DNA from: an uncultured Rickettsiales bacterium
GTDB lineage: Bacteria; Pseudomonadota; Alphaproteobacteria; Rickettsiales; UBA8987
Assembly: GCA_964445765.1 (NCBI GenBank)
Contig: CAYULD010000004.1
Location: forward strand, 83,296-147,295
Direction of reading: 5' to 3'
Length of the DNA stretch: 64,000 nt
The notes below the pieces were generated by a model. The model did not search any database. It worked only from the letters and a program-made list of their open reading frames with translations, and was not told the DNA's origin. Made by a program: the position numbers and the translations under genes. This document shows positions 1 to 8,889 of this stretch, piece after piece; position 1 is the first letter of the stretch; every line of letters starts with the position of its first letter.

Positions 1-494
1 TCTAAGGCTGTTTGAGTGCAAAGCCCTAATAGAACAGGGTCTCTTGGCTTAAGATTTGCCATATTCCAGTGAGTTCTATTTCTAATATCTTCAATAGTTT
101 TTTTAGTAGTTCCAATTAGTTTAGAAATTTGTAAATCAGTTAATTCTGGGTGTGTTTTAACTAGCCAAGCGATAGCATCTGGCTTATCTTGCCTTCTAGC
201 AACGGGGGTGTATTTACTTTTTTTACGCTTCTTTTCAACTTTGATATAATCTTGGTAATCACTAGCAAATTCAATGCTTCTTTCAGGGTTTTTCTCAGCT
301 AATTCAATAGATTCCCTAGTTGTAACGCCTTTAAGAACAGGATCCATACCAATAACACCATTTGCAACATCACCATCTGCAATGCCTTGCACTTCAAGCG
401 GATGAAGCCCGCAAAAATCTGCGATTTGATCAAAGGTAAGTTGAGTATTTTCAATAAGCCATACGGCTGTTGCTTTTGGCATTAAAGGTTGCAT
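1..494 (-). CDS. DUF1013-family protein (TrcR-like); C-terminus runs off the window
   Basis: Absent from the ORF track because the window edge truncates it. My translation from the ATG at 494-492 reads MQPLMPKATAVWLIENTQLTFDQIADFCGLHPLEVQGIADGDVANGV... This is the conserved N-terminus of alphaproteobacterial DUF1013 proteins. Confidence 0.7.
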   Translation of the reverse strand, partial: MQPLMPKATAVWLIENTQLTFDQIADFCGLHPLEVQGIADGDVANGVIGMDPVLKGVTTRESIELAEKNPERSIEFASDYQDYIKVEKKRKKSKYTPVARRQDKPDAIAWLVKTHPELTDLQISKLIGTTKKTIEDIRNRTHWNMANLKPRDPVLLGLCTQTAL

Positions 495-504
495 ATCTCT
501 AGAG

Positions 505-530
505 ATTAGGGGTTGGGGGTTAGGGGTTAG
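505..530. repeat. G-rich heptamer tract GATTAGGGGTTGGGGGTTAGGGGTTAG (C-rich on the strand of the adjacent gene)
   Basis: Read directly. On the minus strand it lies 10 nt upstream of the ATG at 494. A related tract occurs at 33315-33346 and in the tails of the cco-region repeats. Confidence 0.9.
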
Positions 531-761
531 AAAATTAACCAATAACCTTAATTAAAAATTTTGAGGTTTTATTATATATAAATAATTTGCAAGTCAAGGT
601 TAAATTGCTTGACAGCTTGAAATATATTATTAGAAACACAAGGCATTCTTTGCCTGCTTACAGGATACTAATCAAAGCATTTTAGAATTTATTTTACTTT
701 AATTTCTAAAACTAAGCCTTTGGGCAGTAAGAAGGTTATTAACCCAAAAAGAGTAATTAAA

Positions 762-1382
762 ATGTCAAAAAGATTATCAGCAAAATATAAAATTTCTCGC
801 CGTCTGGGCGTTAATTTATGGGGTAGAGAAAAAGACCCTTATGAGAGAAGAAATTTCGTTCCGGGTCAGCACGGGCCAGTTATCGGAAAGAGAATGAGCT
901 CTGATTTCGGTAAGCAGTTAAATGCTAAACAGCAATTAAAAGGTTATTACGGAAATATCGGTGAAAAACAATTCAGAAAAATCTTTAAGGAAGCCCTTAG
1001 GCAAAAAGGTGATACCGGTGAAAACTTTATCGCGCTTCTTGAAAGAAGGCTTGATGCAGTAATTTATAGAATGAATTTTGTGCCTACAGTTTTTGCGGCT
1101 AGGCAGTTTGTTAATCATAAACATATTTTAGTTAATGGTAAATGTGTTAATATTCCAAGCTATCAGGTTAAAGCTGGTGATGTGATTGAAGTTAAAGAAT
1201 CTTCAAAAAATATTCCTATTGTTATTGAGGCTACTGAAACACCTGAAAGAAATATCCCTGAATATCTTGAAGTTGATTTGAAAGCTAAAAAGGGTAAATT
1301 TGTTAGAAATCCTGCTTCTCACGAAGTTCCTTACCCAGTTAAGATGGAAGTTAACCTTGTTACAGAATTCTTCTCAAGGTAA
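762..1382 (+). CDS. rpsD: 30S ribosomal protein S4
   Basis: [22 protein letters not shown]... is the canonical S4 N-terminus, and the S4 domain is near the C-terminus. I use the ATG at 762 (in frame, 42 nt inside the track ORF that starts at TTG 720). Confidence 0.95.
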   Translation: MSKRLSAKYKISRRLGVNLWGREKDPYERRNFVPGQHGPVIGKRMSSDFGKQLNAKQQLKGYYGNIGEKQFRKIFKEALRQKGDTGENFIALLERRLDAVIYRMNFVPTVFAARQFVNHKHILVNGKCVNIPSYQVKAGDVIEVKESSKNIPIVIEATETPERNIPEYLEVDLKAKKGKFVRNPASHEVPYPVKMEVNLVTEFFSR

Positions 1383-1404
1383 TTTTTACATTATATATTA
1401 CTAT

Positions 1405-1437
1405 AAAGCCCTGTTTAACAGGGCTTTTTTATTTTTT
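1405..1437 (+). terminator. Rho-independent terminator after rpsD
   Basis: Stem AAAGCCCTG (1405-1413), loop TTTAA, stem CAGGGCTTT (1419-1427), followed by a T-run. Confidence 0.75.
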
Positions 1438-1440
1438 GCT

Positions 1441-2052
1441 ATGCCTAATTTAGAATTGGAAAATAGTTTTAATGGAATTATAGCCGGCGTTGATGAGGCG
1501 GGCAGGGGGCCACTTGCTGGGCCTGTAGTTGCTTGTGCATTGATATTAAATAAATCAAAAATCCCTGATGGTTTAGATGACTCAAAAAAACTAAGTAAGA
1601 AAAAGCGGGATTATTTATTTAACTTGTTGATTGATAATCATAATTTTGGTTTAGGAATTATTCAGGAGTCTATTATTGATCAAGTTAATATTTTGCAAGC
1701 GACAATTCTTGCGATGAAGCAAGCAATTTCAAATTTATATACTAAGCCTGATGTAGTTTTAGTTGATGGAAATAGGGGCTTTGAGTTTGAGGGTTCTAGA
1801 ATTATCCATGTTGTTAAGGGTGATAGTAAATCGCTTACAATAGCTGGTGCATCAATAGTTGCGAAGGTTACTAGAGATAAAATTATGGAAGAAATTGACG
1901 CTGAATTTCCGCAATATAATTGGCTAAAAAACGCAGGCTATGGCACTAAAGAGCATATGGAAGCTATAGAAAAATATGGTGTTTGTAAATATCATCGCAC
2001 TAGCTTTGAGCCTGTAAAATCAATGCTTATAAAGCTGGATAAAAAGAATTAA
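1441..2052 (+). CDS. rnhB: Ribonuclease HII
   Basis: IAGVDEAGRGPLAGPVV is the RNase HII active-site motif. I use the ATG at 1441, just after the rpsD terminator. The track's upstream extension from 1300 crosses that terminator. Confidence 0.9.
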   Translation: MPNLELENSFNGIIAGVDEAGRGPLAGPVVACALILNKSKIPDGLDDSKKLSKKKRDYLFNLLIDNHNFGLGIIQESIIDQVNILQATILAMKQAISNLYTKPDVVLVDGNRGFEFEGSRIIHVVKGDSKSLTIAGASIVAKVTRDKIMEEIDAEFPQYNWLKNAGYGTKEHMEAIEKYGVCKYHRTSFEPVKSMLIKLDKKN

Positions 2053-3484
2053 AAATTCTGCCATTAATGAAAAATTTTGTTTTAGCATTTTTGATTTTTC
2101 TTATTTCCCTTTCTTCAATTTCGGCAATCTCATTTTTTAATTCTGTATCTCTATTTTTGTAAGTGGTTTTATCAAGATGTTGATATTTAAGGTGATTATT
2201 CTGTTTGTTTATTTTTTCTTTATGCTCAATTAGTGTAACTTCTTGCTTAGAAATTACAGAATTTTGCTGAAACCTTTTAATTTGCTCTTTAAGAGTTTGC
2301 CTTGTTTTTGAGAGTTTTTGTCTTTCATATTCAACTAACTTTTTTTCTTCATCAGTTAGAGAGTTATAATCTTGCTCTTTCCAATAACCTCTATTGATAA
2401 CCTCCACCAAACGCAAAGCCCACTTTTCTTCAATTTCTGGCTCTTTAACATCTTGATCATTGAAGGTTTTGCCTTTTCTTTCCCTTCTGCGATTATCTTT
2501 TTTTCTGCTGTTAATATTTTCTAAGATTGAGGGATCAACAATTTCACTCATATCTTCTATAAGCCCTAAATTTTTTAGGGCAAAGGCAAGGCCATAACTG
2601 CTTAATACAAAAATTGTGTTATTGCTTCTTCTTCTTAAATCTTGAATTTTTTTTCTCGCACCAACATCTTCAGAAATTACAAGAGTTACAAGGCCTTTGT
2701 TAGTTTCACGCCTTTTTGAAAGTAAAAAATTTTCAATTGATTCTTCGCCTTTATCGTGCCTGAATATAGAAAATTCATCATCATTTTTTAAGCTATTTGA
2801 AGTTATAACACTTGTATAAATAGCCTGTAAAATAAAGGGTGTTGATTCTGGCAAAGCTCGCATTGTTTTTTGAAAAGTTCTAGATAATTTCAATTTTTCT
2901 GCGTGCTTAAAATCTTCTTCTATAAATTTATCATCAAAACCTTTTAGGCGATCTTGAAATTCAATTCTTCTATAAACTTTATCAAGCTCTTTGAGTAAGA
3001 TTTTATAGGCAGTTTCAAGTTGTAATCTGATTAATCTATAATCATCTTTAACCCTTTCGTAAGTTAGTGAAGAAAGCCTTTCGGGGTAATATTTTTCAGT
3101 AAATTTATTAAGCTCATTAAAAACTTTATCCCTCAGATTATTTTCATCAATAATCTTGAAAGCCCTAATCATAAAATAGAATTTATAGGCTTGGGAAATA
3201 TCTGTTTCTACGAATAGAATATTGCCTTTATTTCTTCTATAAAATTCGTGGAAAGCCCCATTTTTATCAAAGTTTGAAAGTTCAGTTTCTAAAAATTCAA
3301 TGAAGATTTTTCTTTTTGTTTCAATGCCAACTTGAAGTGGGATAAGAAAGTAACTGCCATCAAAAACAGGCCCTTGTTTTGTTTCTTGAGTGAGGAGTTC
3401 AAGGCCCCTAAGAACATTTTTTCCTGAGCTACAGCTATCAAATATAATCTCTAAAAAACTGCGTTTTTTATAAGTACTCATCAA
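2027..3484 (-). CDS. Hypothetical protein (485 aa) with a K/E-rich coiled-coil C-terminal third
   Basis: A long uninterrupted ORF in AT-rich DNA with no motif I can assign. The track start at 3484 is TTG, and an ATG follows at 3481. The 3' end overlaps the rnhB 3' end convergently by 26 nt. Confidence 0.6.
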   Translation of the reverse strand: MMSTYKKRSFLEIIFDSCSSGKNVLRGLELLTQETKQGPVFDGSYFLIPLQVGIETKRKIFIEFLETELSNFDKNGAFHEFYRRNKGNILFVETDISQAYKFYFMIRAFKIIDENNLRDKVFNELNKFTEKYYPERLSSLTYERVKDDYRLIRLQLETAYKILLKELDKVYRRIEFQDRLKGFDDKFIEEDFKHAEKLKLSRTFQKTMRALPESTPFILQAIYTSVITSNSLKNDDEFSIFRHDKGEESIENFLLSKRRETNKGLVTLVISEDVGARKKIQDLRRRSNNTIFVLSSYGLAFALKNLGLIEDMSEIVDPSILENINSRKKDNRRRERKGKTFNDQDVKEPEIEEKWALRLVEVINRGYWKEQDYNSLTDEEKKLVEYERQKLSKTRQTLKEQIKRFQQNSVISKQEVTLIEHKEKINKQNNHLKYQHLDKTTYKNRDTELKNEIAEIEEREIRKIKNAKTKFFINGRIFNSFYPAL

Positions 3485-3490
3485 TAGAGT

Positions 3491-3566
3491 GATTACGGAT
3501 TAATTTAGGTATTGCACCGCCTAAAATAACTTCAAATTTAGTATAATACCTAAATTAATTGTAATC
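3491..3566. repeat. 76-bp imperfect palindrome with ~21-bp arms (GATTACGGATTAATTTAGGTAT / ATACCTAAATTAATTGTAATC)
   Basis: Read directly. The arms are separated by 33 nt. The left arm begins 7 nt upstream of the 485-aa ORF start. Weaker complementarity extends to about 3485-3574. Confidence 0.8.
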
Positions 3567-3673
3567 TAACTCTAGCCTCATTATACCATAAAATATAGGT
3601 TTTTGGAAGGGTTTTAGTAATTTTTATAATATTTTACTAAATTAATTTATTCTGTTGCTTTTTTGATGATTGG

Positions 3674-4531
3674 TTAATTATAAAACTTATTTTGAATTTC
3701 TTTTGCTTCTTGAAGATTTTTAGGGAAGGGGGGCAGAATATCTTGATATTGCTTATCATAAGCATTGCCATAAATTTTTTGAGGAGGGGTAATTTTTTCT
3801 TTAAGCCCCAAATAAACACCTTCTAAGATTTTATTTATTACATCTTTAGGGTTAGCATCTGCCCCAGCAACTCTATGTTCAATATGTCGGGAATTTTCAT
3901 CAATGGTGCTTGCAGGTATTCTAATTGCGGTAGTGCGATTATTACCCCCCCAACTAACATTTACAGGGGCATTATTGTGGGCAACCATAGGGTTTGCTTG
4001 TTTATGATTATTTCTGATAGAGGTAAATCTAAAATATGATTCTTCAAAAGGTGCAAAATATATAAAATTCTTTAGCATTGAAAAGCACAAGCCACCTATA
4101 GCATTTAGCATTATTTCGCTTTCAGTATTTTCATTAATTCTTTTTAATGCAGAATTTCCAGAATCATCAATCAATGAAATATGAATATGAAGGCCACTGC
4201 CGGGTAAATCTTGATAAGGTTTTGCATCAAAAATTGCATTATAACCCTCATTTTTAGCAGTTTTTGTAATAAATTCCTTCGCCCAATTAATTTCATTAAT
4301 AGCTATAACGGGCTTTTGAGGTGTAAGTGATATTTCAAACTGCCCTTCGGTAACTTCTTTATCAAGGCGGTGAATTTTAATATTTGTTTTTGAAAATTCT
4401 AGCAATAGCTTTGATAAAAATTCAGTTTCAGAGGTGGAATTTCTTTTAGGGGCTGGCTCAAGATAAAATTCTATTTCGCAAGCAATTTTGCAGTTTAGGG
4501 AAAATTCATTATAGATTAGTTCTTCATACAT
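3674..4531 (-). CDS. Glutamine synthetase-like gamma-glutamyl ligase, catalytic domain only (285 aa, no N-terminal beta-grasp domain)
   Basis: It has the GS motifs EIEFYL, GSGLHIHISL and NRTTAIRIP...RHIEHRVAGADANP. It is far shorter than a canonical GlnA. Confidence 0.75.
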   Translation of the reverse strand: MYEELIYNEFSLNCKIACEIEFYLEPAPKRNSTSETEFLSKLLLEFSKTNIKIHRLDKEVTEGQFEISLTPQKPVIAINEINWAKEFITKTAKNEGYNAIFDAKPYQDLPGSGLHIHISLIDDSGNSALKRINENTESEIMLNAIGGLCFSMLKNFIYFAPFEESYFRFTSIRNNHKQANPMVAHNNAPVNVSWGGNNRTTAIRIPASTIDENSRHIEHRVAGADANPKDVINKILEGVYLGLKEKITPPQKIYGNAYDKQYQDILPPFPKNLQEAKEIQNKFYN

Positions 4532-4974
4532 TGTGAAGGTGTATTAAATTTTTTATTAAGAACATCATCAAGCGAAATTTTGCTAAAAAAATCTTCAACG
4601 AAATATTCTAAAGAATCCCATAATTCGTGCGTGGCACATTTAGCTTTTGTAGAAAGACAGCCAGAATTTGCTTCGCCAGAGCATCTAACCATTTTAACTT
4701 TATCATCAACTGCTTCAATAATTTCTGCGATAGAAATTTTATCAGCTGGTTTTGATAGGCAATAACCGCCGCCCGGCCCCCTTACAGAGTGAACAATTTC
4801 TGCATTTTTTAGTTTAGAAAAAATTTGTTCTAAGTAAGGCACAGTTATTTCTTGGCGAGCTGAAATATCGGCAAGCCCAACTATTTTTGAAATATCACCG
4901 CCGGCTTGCTTTATCTGAAAAGCAATATCAACTAACGCCATTACGGCATATCTACCTTTAGAAGTTAAAAGCAT
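4516..4974 (-). CDS. Rrf2-family transcriptional regulator (IscR-like, with potential Fe-S ligands)
   Basis: MLLTSKGRYAVMALVDIA is the Rrf2 N-terminal wHTH signature. The C-terminal part has three Cys plus His (RCSGEANSGCLSTKAKCATH). The 3' end overlaps the GS-like start by 16 nt. Confidence 0.85.
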   Translation of the reverse strand: MLLTSKGRYAVMALVDIAFQIKQAGGDISKIVGLADISARQEITVPYLEQIFSKLKNAEIVHSVRGPGGGYCLSKPADKISIAEIIEAVDDKVKMVRCSGEANSGCLSTKAKCATHELWDSLEYFVEDFFSKISLDDVLNKKFNTPSQCMKN

Positions 4975-4990
4975 ATATATTTTTCAAAAA

Positions 4991-5704
4991 CTAATTTTTA
5001 TTAATCCAACCTTCAGCGGTTTTTTCGGCTTCTTTGTTATTTCTTTCAATTTCTTCAAGCCTTTTAGATAATATATCAATTTGCTTAGATAAATTGTCAA
5101 TAATTAACTGCCTAGAATCTATATCACCTGCAGAAGTTGCCGCATAAGCAGAAAATTTTTCGGAATCTTTAATTTCTGATTTTTTAACTACTTTTCTAGC
5201 TGGAATACCAACCATAATAGCGTTTTCTTCAACATCAGAAATCACTACTGCATTTGAGCCAATTTTTGCACCTGATTTTACTTCAATAGCACCAAGTAGT
5301 TGAGCACCTGAGCCAATAATAACATCATTGCCAATGCTTGGGTGCCTTTTTGCGCCTTTTGCAACATCTTGCGGTGATACACCACCAAGAGTTACACCAT
5401 GATAGATTGTAACATTATCACCAATAATTGCGGTTTCACCAATAACTACGCCCATTCCGTGATCAATAAATAAATTTTTACCAATGGTTGCACCGGGATG
5501 AATTTCAATGCCGGTTAAAAATCTTGAAAATGCAGAAATAAATCTCGCTAAGGTTTTGAAATTTTTTCGCCATATCCAATTAGCAAGCCGATGAAAAATT
5601 ATTGCGTGAAAACCGGGATAGCACAAAAAAACCTCAAGCCTGCTTCTTGCGGCTGGGTCTCTTGAGAAAAATGAATCAACTTCTTCTAAAATTTTTTTGA
5701 ACAT
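4991..5704 (-). CDS. cysE: Serine O-acetyltransferase with a C-terminal coiled-coil tail
   Basis: [19 protein letters not shown] is followed by hexapeptide repeats ([44 protein letters not shown]). I use the ATG at 5704. The track start is a TTG at 5713. Confidence 0.9.
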   Translation of the reverse strand: MFKKILEEVDSFFSRDPAARSRLEVFLCYPGFHAIIFHRLANWIWRKNFKTLARFISAFSRFLTGIEIHPGATIGKNLFIDHGMGVVIGETAIIGDNVTIYHGVTLGGVSPQDVAKGAKRHPSIGNDVIIGSGAQLLGAIEVKSGAKIGSNAVVISDVEENAIMVGIPARKVVKKSEIKDSEKFSAYAATSAGDIDSRQLIIDNLSKQIDILSKRLEEIERNNKEAEKTAEGWINKN

Positions 5705-5860
5705 TTGTTGCAACTTATACTCTGAATTTTTAGCTTATATAATCTTTTCAATTTATTTCAATATTTTAACTTGTTAATAATAGCTTGTTATTTACAAAAT
5801 AAACTTAATAAGTTAATAGCACATCAAAATTTTAGAAATAGCAATCTTAGAGGTAAAATT

Positions 5861-6562
5861 ATGCCTGAAGTAATTATCCCCGGTCCAGCTGGAAGAATTG
5901 AAGGAAGATATCACCATAATGATGATGGAAACTCTCCAGTGGCACTTGTTTTGCATCCTCACCCAAAACATGGTGGCACAATGAATAACAAAGTTGCGTA
6001 TAGTATTTACAAAGCATTCGCGGTAAATGGATTTTCTGTTTTGCGTTTTAATTTTAGAGGGGTTGGAAAATCTGAGGGGAGTTTTGATAACGGAATTGGC
6101 GAGCTTACAGATGCGGCAGCTTGTTTAGATTGGCTTCAAAAAATGAACCCAGATGCTTCAACATTTTGGATTTCCGGTTTTTCTTTTGGTGCTTGGATTT
6201 CATTTCAACTTCTTATGAGAAGGCCAGAGCTTGAGAGCTTTGTTTGTGTATCTCCGCCTGCAAATATGTATGATTTTTCATTTCTTTCACCTTGCCCTCG
6301 TTCGGGTTTAATTGTTCAGGGTGATGAAGATAGCATTGTTGATGAGCCCTCAGTTAGAAAACTTGCAGATAAATTGAATGCCCAAAAAGATATAGAGGTT
6401 GATTATCGCATTATCAGGGGTGGTGATCACTTTTTTAGGGGTTTAGGTGATAATTTAGATGATGCACTAAGGCAATATGTTAAAGTATATTCTGAGCCTC
6501 TAAAGAAAAGGGGAAGAATCAAGCTGGACAAAAAACGCCGCCAGTTGCCGAAGACATCTTAA
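5861..6562 (+). CDS. Alpha/beta-fold hydrolase (COG2945-like)
   Basis: HPHPKHGGTMNNKV and the nucleophile elbow GFSFGA are present. I use the ATG at 5861, preceded by AGAGG. The last 15 codons are encoded by direct-repeat copy 1. Confidence 0.8.
   Translation: MPEVIIPGPAGRIEGRYHHNDDGNSPVALVLHPHPKHGGTMNNKVAYSIYKAFAVNGFSVLRFNFRGVGKSEGSFDNGIGELTDAAACLDWLQKMNPDASTFWISGFSFGAWISFQLLMRRPELESFVCVSPPANMYDFSFLSPCPRSGLIVQGDEDSIVDEPSVRKLADKLNAQKDIEVDYRIIRGGDHFFRGLGDNLDDALRQYVKVYSEPLKKRGRIKLDKKRRQLPKTS
6517..6562. repeat. Direct repeat copy 1 (46 bp, AATCAAGCTGGACAAAAAACGCCGCCAGTTGCCGAAGACATCTTAA)
   Basis: By direct reading it is identical to 8844-8889. Read on the plus strand it supplies the hydrolase C-terminal tail IKLDKKRRQLPKTS and the stop. 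Confidence 0.95.
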
Positions 6563-6624
6563 AATATTTGATTTTTTTTAGAAAATTGTTAAGTTTATAG
6601 GGTTGATTTTAATTTTTTAATCCG

Positions 6625-7215
6625 ATGTCATATCAGCCTAGATATACTTCTCAAAAGGTTCTAACAGAATTTATTTTCAGGGATTTAGAAAAGACTGTTC
6701 TTCTAACTATGCAGCAACTTTTAAGTGTGCAGCAAACGGAAGATATGGATCTTAGTTCTTATTATGATCGGATTAGGACAAATAATTTTACACAAGAAGA
6801 ACTTAATAAAATAATAAATTTTTCATTTAACTTTGACTTATTAAATTATAATTTAGTAACAACAATAGCAAATACATTTTGCCAATATGATATAAATCTG
6901 CCACCAGAAGAGCTTTCTAAAATTATAGAATATTCGCTTGGTTATATAAATAAAAGACAAGAAAAGGGTTCTAGAAGAGCTTTTATTATAATTGATTTAT
7001 TAGATATCTCAGAAGAAGAAAAGGATAACTCATTGTTGCTTAAAGATGAAAATGGAAAAATTTTTGTAAATAAAAAATTATTAGAAGAAAATACAGAATT
7101 ATTTCTAAAACTTAAATCTTGTGTGTTATCAGAGGCTGTAAATATTTATACTTACTTGCAAAACAATCTAAAAGATAAAAAAAAGGTATTTTTGATGATA
7201 ATAGGGAAATCGTAA
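6625..7215 (+). CDS. Hypothetical protein (196 aa), first ORF of the repeat-bracketed cassette
   Basis: ATG-initiated ORF with no recognisable motif. It lies inside the 2281-bp segment between the 46-bp direct repeats. Confidence 0.5.
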   Translation: MSYQPRYTSQKVLTEFIFRDLEKTVLLTMQQLLSVQQTEDMDLSSYYDRIRTNNFTQEELNKIINFSFNFDLLNYNLVTTIANTFCQYDINLPPEELSKIIEYSLGYINKRQEKGSRRAFIIIDLLDISEEEKDNSLLLKDENGKIFVNKKLLEENTELFLKLKSCVLSEAVNIYTYLQNNLKDKKKVFLMIIGKS

Positions 7216-7256
7216 AATATTCCCTTCAATTTTTTGCACTTGTATGTTCAAATCTA

Positions 7257-8843
7257 ATGAAGTTAGGGAAAGACTATTTAGATTTATTAGAGCGAGATGC
7301 AAATGATGCAAGTTTTATTGCTGGCTCAACAGGTTCAGAAAAGCAAGGATTATGGTCTTTAAATGAGGATATTAATAGCATTTTTTATGATACATTAAAA
7401 AAAATTGATATAGCACAAACATTAGGTTATCAACCTGCTTTTCTCTATGATTATGATCTTAGGGTTGAATTTATGAAAAATAATTTGTTATTTGAATCAA
7501 CAGATAATTTGGGTGGTAAAGAGTTACGCAATAAATATTTTAGTTATTTATTTAAAAGTGATGAAAGTACTGAATTAAGATTAGCAAATCCAAATATAGA
7601 AGTCTTTGATAAAACTTTACTTATCATAAAAGAAATTTCTATGCATCCTATTTCACAGGGGAATAGATATTTTGAGCTTGTTAGAGGGTATTTATATGAT
7701 TCAGTAATAGCGTCTTATAATGTTTCTATGTTGTTTTTAGTAAAAGAGCATCTGACTAACAAAAAAAATCGTAATAAACAATTTAATATGATGTTTTTTA
7801 GATTATTTTCTACTTTGGGTTTTATGCACCAAATGGTAAATGATTGTAAAGATCCATTCAAGGAATATAAAGGAAGCGATGCCTTAATAGATTTTGAAAA
7901 TTCAGAATTAACCGTTGTTACTAATCAGATTTTTAATCAAATAGAAAAAAAATACTTTTCTTCTGGGCAAGCTAGAAGAGATCTTCTAAATGGAGATGAA
8001 GAGCCAAGAGATTTTACCTTTAAAAAATACAAAATAGGAAATATAGTGTATGATCTTTTTGAAGAATGTCTACATAGAGTTGATAGCAAAATTATAAGTA
8101 TGCCTAGCGATGAAGTTATGAATAGTATAGATAAGGTTACTGATGTTAAAAACTTAACAAGAGATCAATTGATTGATCTATATAATTTTGGCGGGTCTAT
8201 ATTTCAAGAAAATAGCGTAACAAATGATGATTTAGAAATTGCTAAAACTCAGCTCAGATTAATTAGAAAAATAAAAGATAAATTATTAAATCACTTGTCT
8301 TTTTTTGACATTAGAATTCCCGGAAAAAATAAAATTTTAGATCTGTGGATTGAAAAATATAGTTCAGGAATAGAAGAAAAAGATGGAAAAAGATTTATAA
8401 ACAAAGACAAAATAAAAAATGATTATCCAAATGAGGCTTCGCATCCTAAAATTTTTTTATATAACTTTGTAATTGAGTCTAAAGATCTTAAAGCACTTAC
8501 ATCTAAAATAAAAGTTTTTAATGAGAAAATTCAGTCGGGTAAAATACCTAATCAACAAGCCATTGAAGCAAAACACATTGATGATTATATTAGAAGCGGA
8601 ACAATAAAGATAACAGATTCTGATTTCATAAAAGGTGGTGTATTTGAGTTATGCAAAGGGCTAATGAATGGAGAAATTTGTTCAGATAAAGGAAAAGGGG
8701 CAAGCATATACTTTTACTTTAAGAGAGGCTTTGCTATTGGTGATGAGCAAAAGGGGAGTATCTTTAATGATAGATTAAATGTTACTCAAAAATTGGAGCT
8801 TGAGACTCTCGCTAATAATTTAATTAAGAAAAGGCAACGATAA
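7257..8843 (+). CDS. Hypothetical protein (528 aa), second ORF of the repeat-bracketed cassette
   Basis: A long ATG-initiated ORF with no Walker, nuclease, integrase or other motif I can recognise. Its stop TAA at 8841-8843 abuts direct-repeat copy 2. Confidence 0.6.
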   Translation: MKLGKDYLDLLERDANDASFIAGSTGSEKQGLWSLNEDINSIFYDTLKKIDIAQTLGYQPAFLYDYDLRVEFMKNNLLFESTDNLGGKELRNKYFSYLFKSDESTELRLANPNIEVFDKTLLIIKEISMHPISQGNRYFELVRGYLYDSVIASYNVSMLFLVKEHLTNKKNRNKQFNMMFFRLFSTLGFMHQMVNDCKDPFKEYKGSDALIDFENSELTVVTNQIFNQIEKKYFSSGQARRDLLNGDEEPRDFTFKKYKIGNIVYDLFEECLHRVDSKIISMPSDEVMNSIDKVTDVKNLTRDQLIDLYNFGGSIFQENSVTNDDLEIAKTQLRLIRKIKDKLLNHLSFFDIRIPGKNKILDLWIEKYSSGIEEKDGKRFINKDKIKNDYPNEASHPKIFLYNFVIESKDLKALTSKIKVFNEKIQSGKIPNQQAIEAKHIDDYIRSGTIKITDSDFIKGGVFELCKGLMNGEICSDKGKGASIYFYFKRGFAIGDEQKGSIFNDRLNVTQKLELETLANNLIKKRQR

Positions 8844-8889
8844 AATCAAGCTGGACAAAAAACGCCGCCAGTTGCCGAAGACATCTTAA
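8844..8889. repeat. Direct repeat copy 2 (46 bp)
   Basis: Identical to 6517-6562. Read on the minus strand it encodes the native AnmK C-terminus KMSSATGGVFCPA and the stop. Confidence 0.95.

Noticed and set aside
505-530. Telomere-like TTAGGGG/TTGGGGG repeats as a sign of eukaryotic or host DNA contamination or chimeric assembly
   Set aside because: The tracts are only 3-4 units long and are embedded between intact bacterial genes. They are related to the tails of the bacterial palindromic repeats in the cco region.
609-761. Possible S4-autoregulatory leader upstream of rpsD (candidate TTGACA-16-TAGAAA promoter and a ~120-nt 5' UTR)
   Set aside because: Only short 5-bp stems are visible by eye. 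I cannot demonstrate a pseudoknot or any conserved structure.
1300-1440. Upstream extension of the rnhB ORF in the track
   Set aside because: The extension overlaps the rpsD 3' end and runs through the rpsD terminator hairpin. The conserved RNase HII sequence begins at the ATG at 1441.
2500-2720. Weak resemblance of the 485-aa protein segment VTLVISEDVGARKKIQDLRRRSNNTIFVLSSYG to NYN/LabA-like or PIN-like nuclease cores
   Set aside because: The match is confined to a short hydrophobic-acidic pattern, and the catalytic Asp set cannot be verified without a profile alignment. I did not call it.
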